64,000 nucleotides of DNA, taken from Spirochaetia bacterium (GTDB taxonomy: Bacteria > Spirochaetota > Spirochaetia > UBA9216). Shown here in pieces: positions 18,624 to 29,217 of the stretch. The stretch is taken from assembly GCA_965140585.1 (NCBI GenBank), contig OZ223264.1:32001-96000 (forward strand), written 5' to 3'. The notes below the pieces were generated by a model. That model did not search any database and was not told where the DNA came from. It saw only the letters and a program-made list of their open reading frames with translations. Each line of letters opens with the position of its first letter. Position 1 is the first letter of the stretch. Made by a program: the position numbers and the translations under genes.

Positions 18624-20445
18624 TTAAATTCTCATAGCAGCATCATATCCGGTTCTTGTTGCGTTGCGTACATTGCTGGCTTTGATGCAGTCGCCGACCG
18701 GAGTGAAGAACAGCGCTGTATCTCTGAACCTTTCGGCTTCATCACTTTTGCTTTTCATCCCGGCTGAGAGTACTACGAGATCGCAAGGAATTGTTTTTGT
18801 CTGATAGTCATTGTCGGTATATTCCAGTGCCTCAGAGGTTATTTTTGTACAGGTTGCTCCGGTGAAAACATTGGTGTATTCCCTAAGGTGATCCAGAAGC
18901 GCATCTCTGGTCAGATACATCTCATCGCTTCCAACTTCTTCAAGCTGTTCAACAATAGTCACTTTCTTACCCAGTTTTTCTGCAAGATAAAGTCCTGTTT
19001 CACAGCCGACCAGTCCTCCGCCGAGAACAACAATATTTTCCGGAAGCGCTTTTCCTTCCGCAGCACGGTTATAGGCTTCTTCAGCGGATATTACATTTGG
19101 ACCGTCAATTCCGGGAATTGGAAGAAGAATTGCTTCCGCACCCACTGCAGATATAACTGCATCCGGATTCATAGCTTCTATTGTTTCAGGTGTCGCTTCG
19201 GTTTCAGTTATCACCTCAACGCCGAGCTTGGACATCATGTGAATCTGCCAGTCCATAAACCGGGCAAGATCCTGCTTGAAGGGTACATTCCGTGAAAAGT
19301 TAAGCTTTCCGCCCAGTACATTTTCCTTTTCAATGAGAGTCACGTTGTGGCCCCGCTTCGATGCTGTGATAGCAGCCTGCATTCCTGCAGGACCGCCGCC
19401 GATGATCGCCACTTTTTTAGAAGGGCCTTCGGGCGGTGTTAGAAGCGGCATGAAAAGTTCGCGGCCAATAGTAGGGTTAACTGAACATGCAAAGGTTGGT
19501 GCGCGCTCAAAATCAAGGCAATGAAAGCATCTGATGCAGGGGATAGCCTCATCTTCAATTCCCAATTTCCACTTATTTACTCTATCGGCATCGGCTATAA
19601 GACCTCTTGCCATGGCAACAATGTCAGCCTTTCCCTCTGCAAGGGTTTTTTCAATAAGCTCAGGTTCCTGGAAGGCTCCGAGTGTGAGTACCGGAATTTT
19701 AATTTCCGGATCAGCTTTCACTGCTGCTGCATATTTTATATTACAGCCGTGTTCGAGAAATTCGGTCGGATGAGTGATGTTTTCTGTTCCGTTGTAAAAG
19801 GCTCCAGTAGATACATGGGCAATATCAATTTTATCCTGGATGTATTTGATCATCTCAATACCGTCTTCAAGGGTATAGCCGTCAGGATGCGCCGGATTCT
19901 CTTCTCCAGATATACGAAACTCTATTAGAAGTTTATTTCCGACTCTGGCTCTGATTTCATCAAGAACCATGACTGCAAAGCGCATTTTATTTTCAAGCGT
20001 AGCGGCGCTGAACTCATCAGTCCTGTGATTCATTATCTTTGAATAAAACTGGGACATGCACAGGCCGTGCCCGCCGTGAATAAGCAGCATATCAAAGCCG
20101 CACTTCATGGCAGCCTCGGCAACATCGCCATAGGTTTTTGCTATCCGTTTAAGATCTTCTTTTGTGAAAGCTTCAGTCTCGCAGTTCATCATTTTATTGA
20201 AATCGCCGTTTAATGAATGAAGAACGATTTGGCCGTTTTCAAGTTTATGATGATGCTGGAAGGCCAGCAGCTCAAGGCTGACTTTTGCATCCTGAGAATG
20301 AATGGCTTCGGTAAAGCGGTTATAAAATCTGTGTGTTTCCGGTTCCAGTATATTCTCACAGGCATGAACGGGATCGTAGGGTGCTTCAAGATCCATATTC
20401 TTAGCGGAGTAAGTGATTACTGCAGCTCCTCCTGCCCCCTGTTTG
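18624..20445 (-). pseudogene. NADH:flavin oxidoreductase (old yellow enzyme / 2,4-dienoyl-CoA reductase-like), N-terminus lost
   Basis: HGGHG, NHRTDEF, CIRCFHC..CSVNP, GGGPAG; homology begins at AGGAAVIT and the upstream DNA is MFS sequence. Confidence 0.7.
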
Positions 20446-21283
20446 ACAGCAGAAGAAATCCTGTAAGGGCTGCTGCAGAGACGAAGCCTGAAATATACCA
20501 TAGAAGGTCAGGATTGTAATTATCCATTACCAGACCGGCAAGGTAAGGGCCAAGCATGGATGGGATGGACCATGAAAGATTGTATATTCCCATATACCGT
20601 CCACGCATATGCTCAGGAGATAGTTTTGCGACAACCGTCTGGCCTACAGGAATGCTGTACCAAGGGCCATCATTTTCATGGGATTTTTTTCTCAAGCCAT
20701 GCTGAAACCCTGAACTGAAATATAACCACAAAAAGGGCATTTATGCTCATCAGAAGACCGTAGTGCCTGGCGGATATACTGTGAACATCACGAAGATAAA
20801 CTGAAAAAGAGCTATAGAGCTGCTGATAAACCAGCAGCATTTAATATGTAGGCCATGTAGAATTGATCTGAAAAAACTTTGCTGTAGCCCTTGATGGTTT
20901 TAAGCAGGTTGTCATGCTGTTTATCCTGTTCTTCATTTTCAGGTTTCGTTTCCGGAATTTTGATATAAAATATAACAGCGGTGATTATACTCGTAACTGC
21001 ATCAGCCAGAAAAATAAAGAAGTACGACTTCAGCGACAGAAGCCCGCCTTTCTTCCGGAAGCAGATCCGCCACCATAAACATTCTGGCCATGGCAAATAC
21101 TGCGAGAAGAAGACCTGCCTCTGTCATTCCAACATCAAATCTTTTAGTTACATACAGTGTGAAAAATGGGTACAGCATGGTGCCGCCCAGCCTGTCTATA
21201 AAGGTCGACCCGCTGAGTACCCAGAAATTGCCGGGATATAGATTATAGGTTTCGGTTATCCGCTGTTTTAATTTTTTTATCAT
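20417..21283 (-). pseudogene. MFS transporter, fragmented and internally deleted
   Basis: MFS pieces in three frames (FIDRLGG..PFFTLY; FIFLADAVTS; SPEHMRGRYMGIYNLSW); only about 870 bp in total. Confidence 0.85.
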
Positions 21284-21294
21284 TTTGTAAGAAT

Positions 21295-21833
21295 CTAAAT
21301 ATTCCTTTCTTCTTTTATATCCGGAAATCTTACAGGAATTATCAAAGTAAATATTGAGCCTTTATTGAGTTCTGAAGATACAGAGATACTTCCACCCATC
21401 TTTTCGGCTAAGGAGTTTGAAATTGAAAGCCCCAATCCGGTTCCATGATGATTTTTTGTATAGGATGACTCCGCCTTCTGAAACTCTTCAAAAATATGTT
21501 TTAAATCAGCTTCCTGTATTCCGCAGCCTGTATCACTGATTGAGATGGCGATTTGATTCGGTTCAGTCTTATCTGTATATGCAGTTCTTCTGAAGCCACA
21601 AAAGTTCCTAGTCTTTTAATTTCATTCCAGTGGTGGTCAGTCAGAGTTCTCAATTCCTGTATGGAATGAAGCTGTTGGGGAGTAAGAGCTTTACCAGTTG
21701 AATTTGCTGATATCATGCGGGAACCTTCAGGCCCTGCGGTGTTACGTAGTGAAAGTGTCTCCAGTTTTATTTGGAAGCCGATATCATTTTCAGGGGATAT
21801 GGATGCAACGTAGATATGTATTCGAAAAAACAT
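21295..21833 (-). pseudogene. Histidine kinase remnant (HATPase_c tail, not in the ORF track)
   Basis: Minus-strand 21295..~21580 reads ISISDTGCGI..IFEEFQK..GTGLGLSIS..MGGSISVSSELNKGSIFTL; joined out of frame to an N-terminal stub. Confidence 0.8.
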
Positions 21834-21908
21834 TTAAGTTAATCTGCTGATAAATTATCTTCAATTATTTGATAATCTCCTTCCGGTTATCTATACTTCA
21901 AGTACAGA

Positions 21909-23693
21909 ATGAAAATCTATAATTTACTGTATTCTGATCCTTCCGATTTAATTCCCGTTAAAGAAAAGGTATTAAAACTGCCTTCCGAAAAGGTTTTGAT
22001 CCAGGTTTTTATGGGTACGTCAGAATCTGCAATGGCGGAAAAAATTCTTGAAGAGCTTAAGTCAGACTTTCCCGGATATCCGGTAATCGGGACAAGTACT
22101 TCAGGTGAAATCCTAAACGGTACAGTTTTAAATCATTCAACCGTGATTAGTTTCAGTCTCTTTGATTCAACAATTGTCAGATCGGTACTGATTGACCAGA
22201 ATGATGATATTGCATCTGCCGGTCGGGAAATAGCAGATGTGCTGCGGAACCCTGATTTAAAATCAGTTATAGTTTTCGCCTGCGGAATGAAGGACAATAT
22301 TTATGTTGATCAATCTTCCATTCTAACAAGCCTTGAGTCCGAGCTTGGCCCTATACCGGTTTCCGGAGGACTATCCGGAGGTGTTTTTAAAGAACAGGAA
22401 TCTTTCTTTGTTTTTACAGAAAATGGCTTTTCATTTGGAGGCTTTGCTGCTGCAGGCTTGTCAGGAGAACATCTCAGGGTTCTCTGCGACTACAATGTCA
22501 GCTGGATACCAATCGGAAAACAGATGATGATAACAAAATCCGAGAATAAAAGGGTTTTCAGTATAGATGACAAGAATGTAAAAGAGTTGTATCAACACTA
22601 TCTTGGAATTGATCTTACAGGAGCCTCTTCTACTTTTATGGATAATTTTCCGCTGATGATCAGCCGATACAACCGCTATATTCCCAACCCTGTGTCCAGA
22701 GTCCTTGATGACGGTTCGGTTGAGTTTGTTCATCTGATGAATACCGGTGAAGCCGTCCAGTTCAGTATCTGCGATGTTCATCTTCTTGAATACGGCGCCA
22801 TTGGTTTGAAAAATACTCTTAAAGAATTTAAATCTGAGGCTGTTTTTGTTTTTTCATGTGAATCAAGAAAAAGTATTCTTGGAGATGATATCTACATCGA
22901 TATGAAGGCTCTTAATGGTTCACCGGCGTCAATAGGCTTTTTTACCTATGGTGAATTTCTAAAACCTCATGGAGAACCACCGCAGTTTTTTCAACAGACA
23001 ATGACGGTTCTTGCTCTTTCAGAAAAAGCGAAGGACGCTCCTTCTGAATACTCCGGATTGTATGAACTTATAGAACCAGAGATTCAGGAGTCCGACAGAT
23101 TCAAACTGCAGAAGGTTCTTATCTGTCTTGTAAAATGCATAACCGGTGAGCTTGAAGAACGTAATCAGCAGCTTGATAAAATGGCAAATTCAGATACGCT
23201 TACCGGGCTGGGTAACCGACGAAACTTTGATATGATTTTAAATCATGTAATAAAAACGCAATCCAGGTCAAATGACAGTTTCAGTCTGATTATTTTTGAT
23301 GTTGATTTTTTTAAACTATTCAATGATTATTACGGCCATGTCGAAGGAGATAATGCTCTCAGGGGAATAGGCGCTGTTATGAAGAAAATGCTTAAACGAA
23401 GCAGTGACAAGGCATTTCGTTACGGCGGTGAAGAATTTGCATGTATTCTTTTGTCTACAGATTCAGAAGGAGCCTCTTTAATGGCTGAGAAGATAAGAAA
23501 GAGTATTACGGGCCTCGGAATTCCTCATCAGAGGTCTGGCGTTTCTGATTTTTTATCTGTCAGTCTGGGGGTGCTTACGGTTAATCCTGATAAAAACTCA
23601 GAGGCAGATTCAATAATCAAGCAATGTGATCAGCTTCTTTACAAGGCTAAAGAACAGGGTCGGAACTGTTTTGTTTCAGGAAAAATTAATTAG
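21909..23693 (+). CDS. FIST-GGDEF diguanylate cyclase
   Basis: GTSTSGEI, FSCESR, GFFTYGE (FIST); DTLTGLGNRR, RSSD I-site, RYGGEEF. Confidence 0.9.
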   Translation: MKIYNLLYSDPSDLIPVKEKVLKLPSEKVLIQVFMGTSESAMAEKILEELKSDFPGYPVIGTSTSGEILNGTVLNHSTVISFSLFDSTIVRSVLIDQNDDIASAGREIADVLRNPDLKSVIVFACGMKDNIYVDQSSILTSLESELGPIPVSGGLSGGVFKEQESFFVFTENGFSFGGFAAAGLSGEHLRVLCDYNVSWIPIGKQMMITKSENKRVFSIDDKNVKELYQHYLGIDLTGASSTFMDNFPLMISRYNRYIPNPVSRVLDDGSVEFVHLMNTGEAVQFSICDVHLLEYGAIGLKNTLKEFKSEAVFVFSCESRKSILGDDIYIDMKALNGSPASIGFFTYGEFLKPHGEPPQFFQQTMTVLALSEKAKDAPSEYSGLYELIEPEIQESDRFKLQKVLICLVKCITGELEERNQQLDKMANSDTLTGLGNRRNFDMILNHVIKTQSRSNDSFSLIIFDVDFFKLFNDYYGHVEGDNALRGIGAVMKKMLKRSSDKAFRYGGEEFACILLSTDSEGASLMAEKIRKSITGLGIPHQRSGVSDFLSVSLGVLTVNPDKNSEADSIIKQCDQLLYKAKEQGRNCFVSGKIN

Positions 23694-23715
23694 TTATATT
23701 CACTCCAATATATCC

Positions 23716-24564
23716 CTACCCGCCTATTCCGATCAGGGCTGCGCCGGCTATTGAAAGAATCAGTCCAAGAATCCTTAACGGCGGAAGCTTTTCTTTTAGA
23801 ATTATCCTCTGCAGAACGACCGTAGGTGCCGGATATAAAGAAGAAAGGATAACTGCAATTATAAGATATCCGGTCCTGCCTGCCAGCAGATAAAGTACAT
23901 TTGCGGCCATATCAAGAAAACCGCTTATAAAAGTGAGTTTACGGGTGCCCTTTGCCAAAATCACTTTTTTTTCTCGAATTATAGCAAATATAAGGAAAAC
24001 CGGTACTGTAACAGCTCTCGCCGCGGCAAGAGGCCATATTCCGGATTGTTCTGAGGTTTTTGAAACCAGAATGATAAAGAAGCCGGCAAAAAATGTCCCT
24101 GATATTAATCCGTGCCGGATAGATTTTGAAATATGTTCGGGCTTGCCGTTTTTTTCCCATGATAAGAATAATATTGCAGGAAGTGATATAGCCACACCAA
24201 GCAAGGTAAGAAAAGGCGGTCTTTCTCCAGTTAAAAGTCCGAAAATTACCGGAATAACGGCTCCGCATAAGGCTGCTGTTGGTGATACTATTGCGGCTAT
24301 TCCTGAGGCAAGGCCTCTGTAAAGAAACAGAATTCCAAGCCCGCCTGAAAGGCCTCCGACCATCCCCCAGAGAAGATCTGCGGCGCTCACCTCTGCTTTT
24401 CCTATAAATAGAGCTGCAATCAATACTGTGATAAGCCCAATCATCTGTGACCATGCAACAGTCAGGGCCGCTGAATTTTTCCTGGTGGAAAAGCCGCCCA
24501 GAAAATCAGCGGTTCCGTAGGCAAATGCCGACATCAAAGCATAAAAAACTACCATAGCATGCAA
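23716..24564 (-). CDS. EamA/DMT family transporter
   Basis: About 10 TM, YGTADFLGG, SLYPAPTV. Confidence 0.88.
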   Translation of the reverse strand: MHAMVVFYALMSAFAYGTADFLGGFSTRKNSAALTVAWSQMIGLITVLIAALFIGKAEVSAADLLWGMVGGLSGGLGILFLYRGLASGIAAIVSPTAALCGAVIPVIFGLLTGERPPFLTLLGVAISLPAILFLSWEKNGKPEHISKSIRHGLISGTFFAGFFIILVSKTSEQSGIWPLAAARAVTVPVFLIFAIIREKKVILAKGTRKLTFISGFLDMAANVLYLLAGRTGYLIIAVILSSLYPAPTVVLQRIILKEKLPPLRILGLILSIAGAALIGIGG

Positions 24565-24638
24565 TGATAACAGATCGTTTGGATTTCGTTTTAGAATTAG
24601 ATATAATATAATAGTACTGTCTGTCCGGAGGATAGTTT

Positions 24639-26444
24639 TTGAAATATTTGATTGCAGCTTTGCCTATTCTTTTTATTTTTACCGTATTTATTCCTGCTCA
24701 GGAAGTTGATGTAACCGGCGCCGGTTACAGAACTTATCTGGATGGTGCCTGGAGCGTGCAGTACGGTGATGTCGTTGAAGATAATAGCTGGGAAGATGTG
24801 GTCTTTCCGAACCTGAAATTCGATTTTCCGGACAATTCCAATCTTTTATGGTTTCTGCGTACCTTTTCTGTTGATGCTTCCATACAGGATGAGCCGCTCG
24901 GTCTGTTTCTGGGAAAGCTTCCGGATTCCTGTGAAGTCTATCTGAATGGTTCTCTTCTTCTCCGCAGCGGCCGGCAGGCTCCGGATGAATATTTCCCCGA
25001 AACATTTACAGCTTTTAGTACAATTCTTCCCTCGGGACTGCTTAAATATGATGAAAGTAATGTTTTGCTTTTGAAGGTTTACAGTGAAAGACACACCGGG
25101 GCACTTCCTTCGATGTTTATTTCAACACCCGGGGATGTTAAAACAAAAACTGTAAAAATTAATACTTTTAATTCCTATCTTGGTCTGACTGCAACAGTCA
25201 TAACTCTGCTGACAGCCTTGTATTTCGGCGTTATGTTTATCATGGACAGAAAGACTATCGGATACTTGTATATGGTGATCGGCTCTCTGGGGTTTTCTAT
25301 TAATTCCGGTATCCTGTATATAACCGGCAGTCCGTTTTCCTACCTGACAATGTTTAAGATTTACATCATAGGGCTCTATTGGGGAATTGCCGGTATTCAG
25401 CTGTTTGTTATGTATCTGGGTGAATTTGATCTTAAGCCAAAATCCAGGATTTTTATACTGGCAGTGACAGCGGCTATATCAATTACTGCCATTCTAATGC
25501 CCAATCTTAGGAGTATTCTCTTTTACAATGATAATATTATCTACTTGATCTGGGTAATTCCCATGCTGATCATTCTTCTTTATGTTACTATCAGGGGCAT
25601 CCGGGAAAATGTAAAATTCATGTACTTCATACTTGGCGGTGCGATTGTTGCAATGATGAGCGGCGGAAGAGATATATTGCTTCTGCAGCTGAACATTGCA
25701 CCGGATTTCTATTCAAATCTTATTGGACTCACTGCTCTTATAGTGAGTATTTTCATAACCTATGCTGCACAATTTAACTATAATGAGAAACTTTTAAGGA
25801 TACAGGCTCATAAACTGGCACAGATGACAGAGAATCTGGAAGGGCTCGTAAAGGATCGGACAGAGGAACTGGAGCATGCATATCAGGAGCTTTCACATCA
25901 GGCTGTTACCGATATGCTTACCGGAACATTCAACCGTCTTGAATACAGCCGGGTACTTGAGAGTGAGAATGCACAGTTCAAGCGGACTGGCCAGAATTAC
26001 GCGGTTATTTATATCGACCTTGATAATTTTAAATATATCAACGATACCTACGGTCACGCTTCCGGTGATTTCGTCCTGCTTGAAATATCAAAACTGCTGA
26101 AAGATTGCAAAAGAAGTTCTGATTTTTTATTCAGGATGGGCGGTGATGAATTCCTGATACTTATGACCAATACCAGCTCCGGAAAGGATGCGATTAACCT
26201 TGTCGATCGTATCTATCAGCAGATCGAGAAAAAAGAATACTTAAGACCTGCCTTATCGAAGTTTACCGGTGAAGAGATAGTTTACCCTGAAGGTAAAAAG
26301 CTTTCACTTACAATCGGTATCAGCTCTACAGATATCTCAAATGTTTCATCTCTGCATGATCTGCCCTTCCAGGCTGATATGGCCCTTCTTGATGCAAAAG
26401 TTTCAGGTAAAAATAGATACGCTTTTTATGAGAAGTCATTATAG
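24639..26444 (+). CDS. Membrane-bound diguanylate cyclase (extracellular beta-domain, 7TM, GGDEF)
   Basis: Signal peptide, EVYLNG, about 7 TM, DMLTG.FNR, RMGGDEF. Confidence 0.88.
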   Translation: MKYLIAALPILFIFTVFIPAQEVDVTGAGYRTYLDGAWSVQYGDVVEDNSWEDVVFPNLKFDFPDNSNLLWFLRTFSVDASIQDEPLGLFLGKLPDSCEVYLNGSLLLRSGRQAPDEYFPETFTAFSTILPSGLLKYDESNVLLLKVYSERHTGALPSMFISTPGDVKTKTVKINTFNSYLGLTATVITLLTALYFGVMFIMDRKTIGYLYMVIGSLGFSINSGILYITGSPFSYLTMFKIYIIGLYWGIAGIQLFVMYLGEFDLKPKSRIFILAVTAAISITAILMPNLRSILFYNDNIIYLIWVIPMLIILLYVTIRGIRENVKFMYFILGGAIVAMMSGGRDILLLQLNIAPDFYSNLIGLTALIVSIFITYAAQFNYNEKLLRIQAHKLAQMTENLEGLVKDRTEELEHAYQELSHQAVTDMLTGTFNRLEYSRVLESENAQFKRTGQNYAVIYIDLDNFKYINDTYGHASGDFVLLEISKLLKDCKRSSDFLFRMGGDEFLILMTNTSSGKDAINLVDRIYQQIEKKEYLRPALSKFTGEEIVYPEGKKLSLTIGISSTDISNVSSLHDLPFQADMALLDAKVSGKNRYAFYEKSL

Positions 26445-26454
26445 ATAAATTGAC

Positions 26455-26483
26455 TTGACAATAGTATCACCGGAAAATATTAT
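26455..26483 (+). promoter_or_regulatory. Sigma70 promoter for the riboswitch leader
   Basis: TTGACA-17-TATTAT ending 7 nt before the RNA motif. Confidence 0.7.
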
Positions 26484-26490
26484 GATTCAT

Positions 26491-26590
26491 AACTCCGAAC
26501 CTTTATCTCCTAAAATCCGGAAGGATCATGGGTTGAGGTCGATGGGTTCAACGGGAAACGGTTGTGCCTTCCGTGTTTGAAAAGGAGAAA
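26491..26590 (+). ncRNA. Moco RNA motif riboswitch, P3-less (Wco/tungsten-type) variant
   Basis: 5' ACTCCGA, CCTAA..ATGG, GGGT-hairpin with GAAA loop, 3' GCCTTCCGTGTTTGAAAAGGAG resembling the conserved GCCUCCCGU..UGGAAAGGAG end; upstream of a WtpA-like gene. Confidence 0.8.
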
Positions 26591-26756
26591 ATAAAAAACT
26601 GATCATGGCTTTAATGACCTGAAAAAAGTTTCTTATTAAATTACTCGAAGAAGGATTGATTAAGTAATCAGATCCTGTTCGGGCAATTCACACCTCTTAT
26701 ACAGATTCAGGAAGACAGGACCGTACTCTCGTAAATTTGAAAAGACGGAGGCTTGA

Positions 26757-28079
26757 ATGTCTGAATATCTCGAATATCTGCCAGAATTGAAAAGCACTAC
26801 ACTCTTTCAGGGAATAGGCGACTCTGAATTAATAGCTCTTCTTGATGCAATGAGACCCGAAATTGTCTGCAGGAAGGCCGGCACAGAAGGTGTACCGCAG
26901 ATAGACTTTGATGAAGGTCTATTCTGTGTTGTGCTCAGGGGGAAGCCTCTTGACAAGCTTGCCCCCCGGCCTGATGTTTACAACATGCCTAAAATAACAG
27001 AACCGGGAATGATGATGGGAGAAATTCCCTGTCTGTCTGAAATGCTGAAAAGTCGGGCTCCAAAAATCAGATTCAGAGGCGGCGGGCATGCAGGGCCCGG
27101 ACATGATGACTTTGATCTTTATATGCTTCGAATGAGCGGAGAGATGATTACTCGCTTTCACGGCATAGAGCATAGTGGTGCACAGGGACGGATGCTGCGG
27201 AATTTTCTCGGTATTCTGGCCCAGAAGGTAACTGATGTCCGAAAAGAGAAAGCTCAGCTGAGTTATGATTATAATAAGGCGCTTTCTCCATACCGACTGA
27301 ATATTCTCTGTGCCGGGGTTTCGCTCAAGCTGGTAAAGCAAACAGCTGATATATGGAATAAAATGCATCCTGAGCTTCCGGCGGTTGTTACTACGGGCAG
27401 TTCTGTAGACATTATCCGTGACTGTATAAGCGGTTATCCCTGCGACCTTCTTGTTTCTGCAGATGATTCCATTATTGAATCGATGCTGATGCCTGATTAT
27501 GTTTCGGGTTACCGAATCTGGGGCGGGAATAAAATGGTCATCTGCGGCGAGGGAATTTCTCCTGACAACTGGATTGACAGGCTTCTGGCTTCCGGGGCTT
27601 CATTTAAGCATAAGGACCCTTACGGAGATCCCGGCGGGTACAGGGCTGTTATGGCTATGCTGCTTGCCGATAAAGTTGAACCTGGACTCTCGGGCAGGTT
27701 GATGAATCATCCCGGCCATATCGGCATGGAGAAAAATCCCGGTCCATTTGGAAATATGAAGCCTGCGGATTATTCGTTTACCTATCTTAGTGCAGCTGTT
27801 TCGATGGGAGTCGACTATACTGAACTGCCCGCAGTTATGGATCTTTCTGATCCTGATCTGGCTTCAGAGTATGCCGAAGTAAGTTTTGCTGTTGATAAAG
27901 ATAATACCGTTACAGCAACACCAATTGCCCACGCATTAGCCATTCCGAAAACTTCACTGCATCTTTCTTCCGCTGCGGAATTTGCTGAACTCTTTCTTAA
28001 TATCGATAAATCTAAACACGGTTTTCTGCTTCGTGAGGGAACAGCCGGAACCGATCCTCTGACATTAAAAAACAGATAA
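26757..28079 (+). CDS. Fusion of a Crp/Fnr-like effector domain (no HTH) and a WtpA-type tungstate/molybdate-binding domain
   Basis: N-term LFQGI..EL..LL, PGMMMGE, LRNFLGILAQK; C-term SADD.II, NKMV, DPYGDPGGYRAVMAMLLA, DYSFTYLSAA, ELPAVMDLSDP, PIAHALAIP. Confidence 0.75.
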   Translation: MSEYLEYLPELKSTTLFQGIGDSELIALLDAMRPEIVCRKAGTEGVPQIDFDEGLFCVVLRGKPLDKLAPRPDVYNMPKITEPGMMMGEIPCLSEMLKSRAPKIRFRGGGHAGPGHDDFDLYMLRMSGEMITRFHGIEHSGAQGRMLRNFLGILAQKVTDVRKEKAQLSYDYNKALSPYRLNILCAGVSLKLVKQTADIWNKMHPELPAVVTTGSSVDIIRDCISGYPCDLLVSADDSIIESMLMPDYVSGYRIWGGNKMVICGEGISPDNWIDRLLASGASFKHKDPYGDPGGYRAVMAMLLADKVEPGLSGRLMNHPGHIGMEKNPGPFGNMKPADYSFTYLSAAVSMGVDYTELPAVMDLSDPDLASEYAEVSFAVDKDNTVTATPIAHALAIPKTSLHLSSAAEFAELFLNIDKSKHGFLLREGTAGTDPLTLKNR

Positions 28080-28118
28080 TGTACTTAAAAAAAGTACTGA
28101 TTATAAAAGGAGAAACTA

Positions 28119-29210
28119 ATGAATAACTTGAAAAAAATTGTTTTAGCGATTCTTGTCGGTATATGCATTGCAGCATCTCTTCCGGCGGACGACAGAGTTG
28201 TAAACGTCACTGACATGAGCGGTGACTCGGTTACTGTGAAAGGAGAGGTTCGTAAGATAATTAATCTTTGGCCTGCCGGAACTTCTTCATTCTTTGTTAT
28301 GGGGGCCGGTGATCTGATTGTCGGGCTTGCTGTAAACAGCCCGGCTACTATGAACTCCTGGACAAGGCTCTTCTACCCTGAATGTCAGAGTATTCCGGCT
28401 TTGGGCGGTATTACACCTTCTATAGAGGAGCTGATAAAACTTGATCCGGACCTTGTCATCATTCATCCTTCAAGTGCAAAGGCTGGGTTTGCACAGCAGA
28501 TTCGAGATGTCGGTATTCCTGCAATCAATATTAATTTCAGTGATTATAAAACAATGGTTAAGGCATATTCAGTACTTGGGGAAGTTCTTGGAGGCAAATA
28601 TCAGCAGCGGTTGAGCAAATGGTGTTCTGCAGTAGAATCAAAGCTTTCAAATGTAAGATCTCTTACCGCAGGACTTACAGACTCAGAACGTCCTGTAGTT
28701 TACTATGTTGCCGGCCAGACAGATTCATTGACAAAAACAATGCGTTCAGGCAGTATAATTAATGACTGGGTTGAGTCTGCCGGAGGAGTATATGCTTTTG
28801 ACAGGATGGATGTTCCAGGTTCTGATGTTACTCCTGAGGCTGTATTCGCGCTTAATCCTGATGTTATAATTTGCGGCGGTGTATATCAGCATATAGAAAA
28901 AGAACAGATTTCTGTATCTGAAGGCTGGAATGATCTTCGGGCTGCTGTTGATAAACGTGTATATACTAACCCTTACGGCTGTTTCAACTGGGATCGCTTC
29001 GGTCTGGAAAGTCAGCTTCAGATTAACTATGCCCTCTTAAGGATTCAACCAAAAATAGCTGCTGCTAACGGTATATCTGAAGAGTCAGTAATTGAAGAAA
29101 TTATTGATTTTTACAGTACATATACAGGATTTAATCTGAGCCGTGCACAGGCCGAAAATATGTTTAATGGTTTGACCGCTGACGGGTCACCGGAAATGTC
29201 AGCAAGGTAA
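28119..29210 (+). CDS. ABC substrate-binding protein, helical-backbone (BtuF/FepB/MolA-like) class
   Basis: Signal peptide, VTDMSG, EELIKLDPDLVI, NPDVII, PYG.FNWDR. Confidence 0.85.
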   Translation: MNNLKKIVLAILVGICIAASLPADDRVVNVTDMSGDSVTVKGEVRKIINLWPAGTSSFFVMGAGDLIVGLAVNSPATMNSWTRLFYPECQSIPALGGITPSIEELIKLDPDLVIIHPSSAKAGFAQQIRDVGIPAININFSDYKTMVKAYSVLGEVLGGKYQQRLSKWCSAVESKLSNVRSLTAGLTDSERPVVYYVAGQTDSLTKTMRSGSIINDWVESAGGVYAFDRMDVPGSDVTPEAVFALNPDVIICGGVYQHIEKEQISVSEGWNDLRAAVDKRVYTNPYGCFNWDRFGLESQLQINYALLRIQPKIAAANGISEESVIEEIIDFYSTYTGFNLSRAQAENMFNGLTADGSPEMSAR

Positions 29211-29217
29211 GACTGCT

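Noticed and set aside
26491-26590. Cobalamin riboswitch (suggested by GGGAA and the BtuCD-like genes)
   Set aside because: No B12-box GCCACTG/AGYCAG elements; the 5' and 3' ends fit the Moco motif
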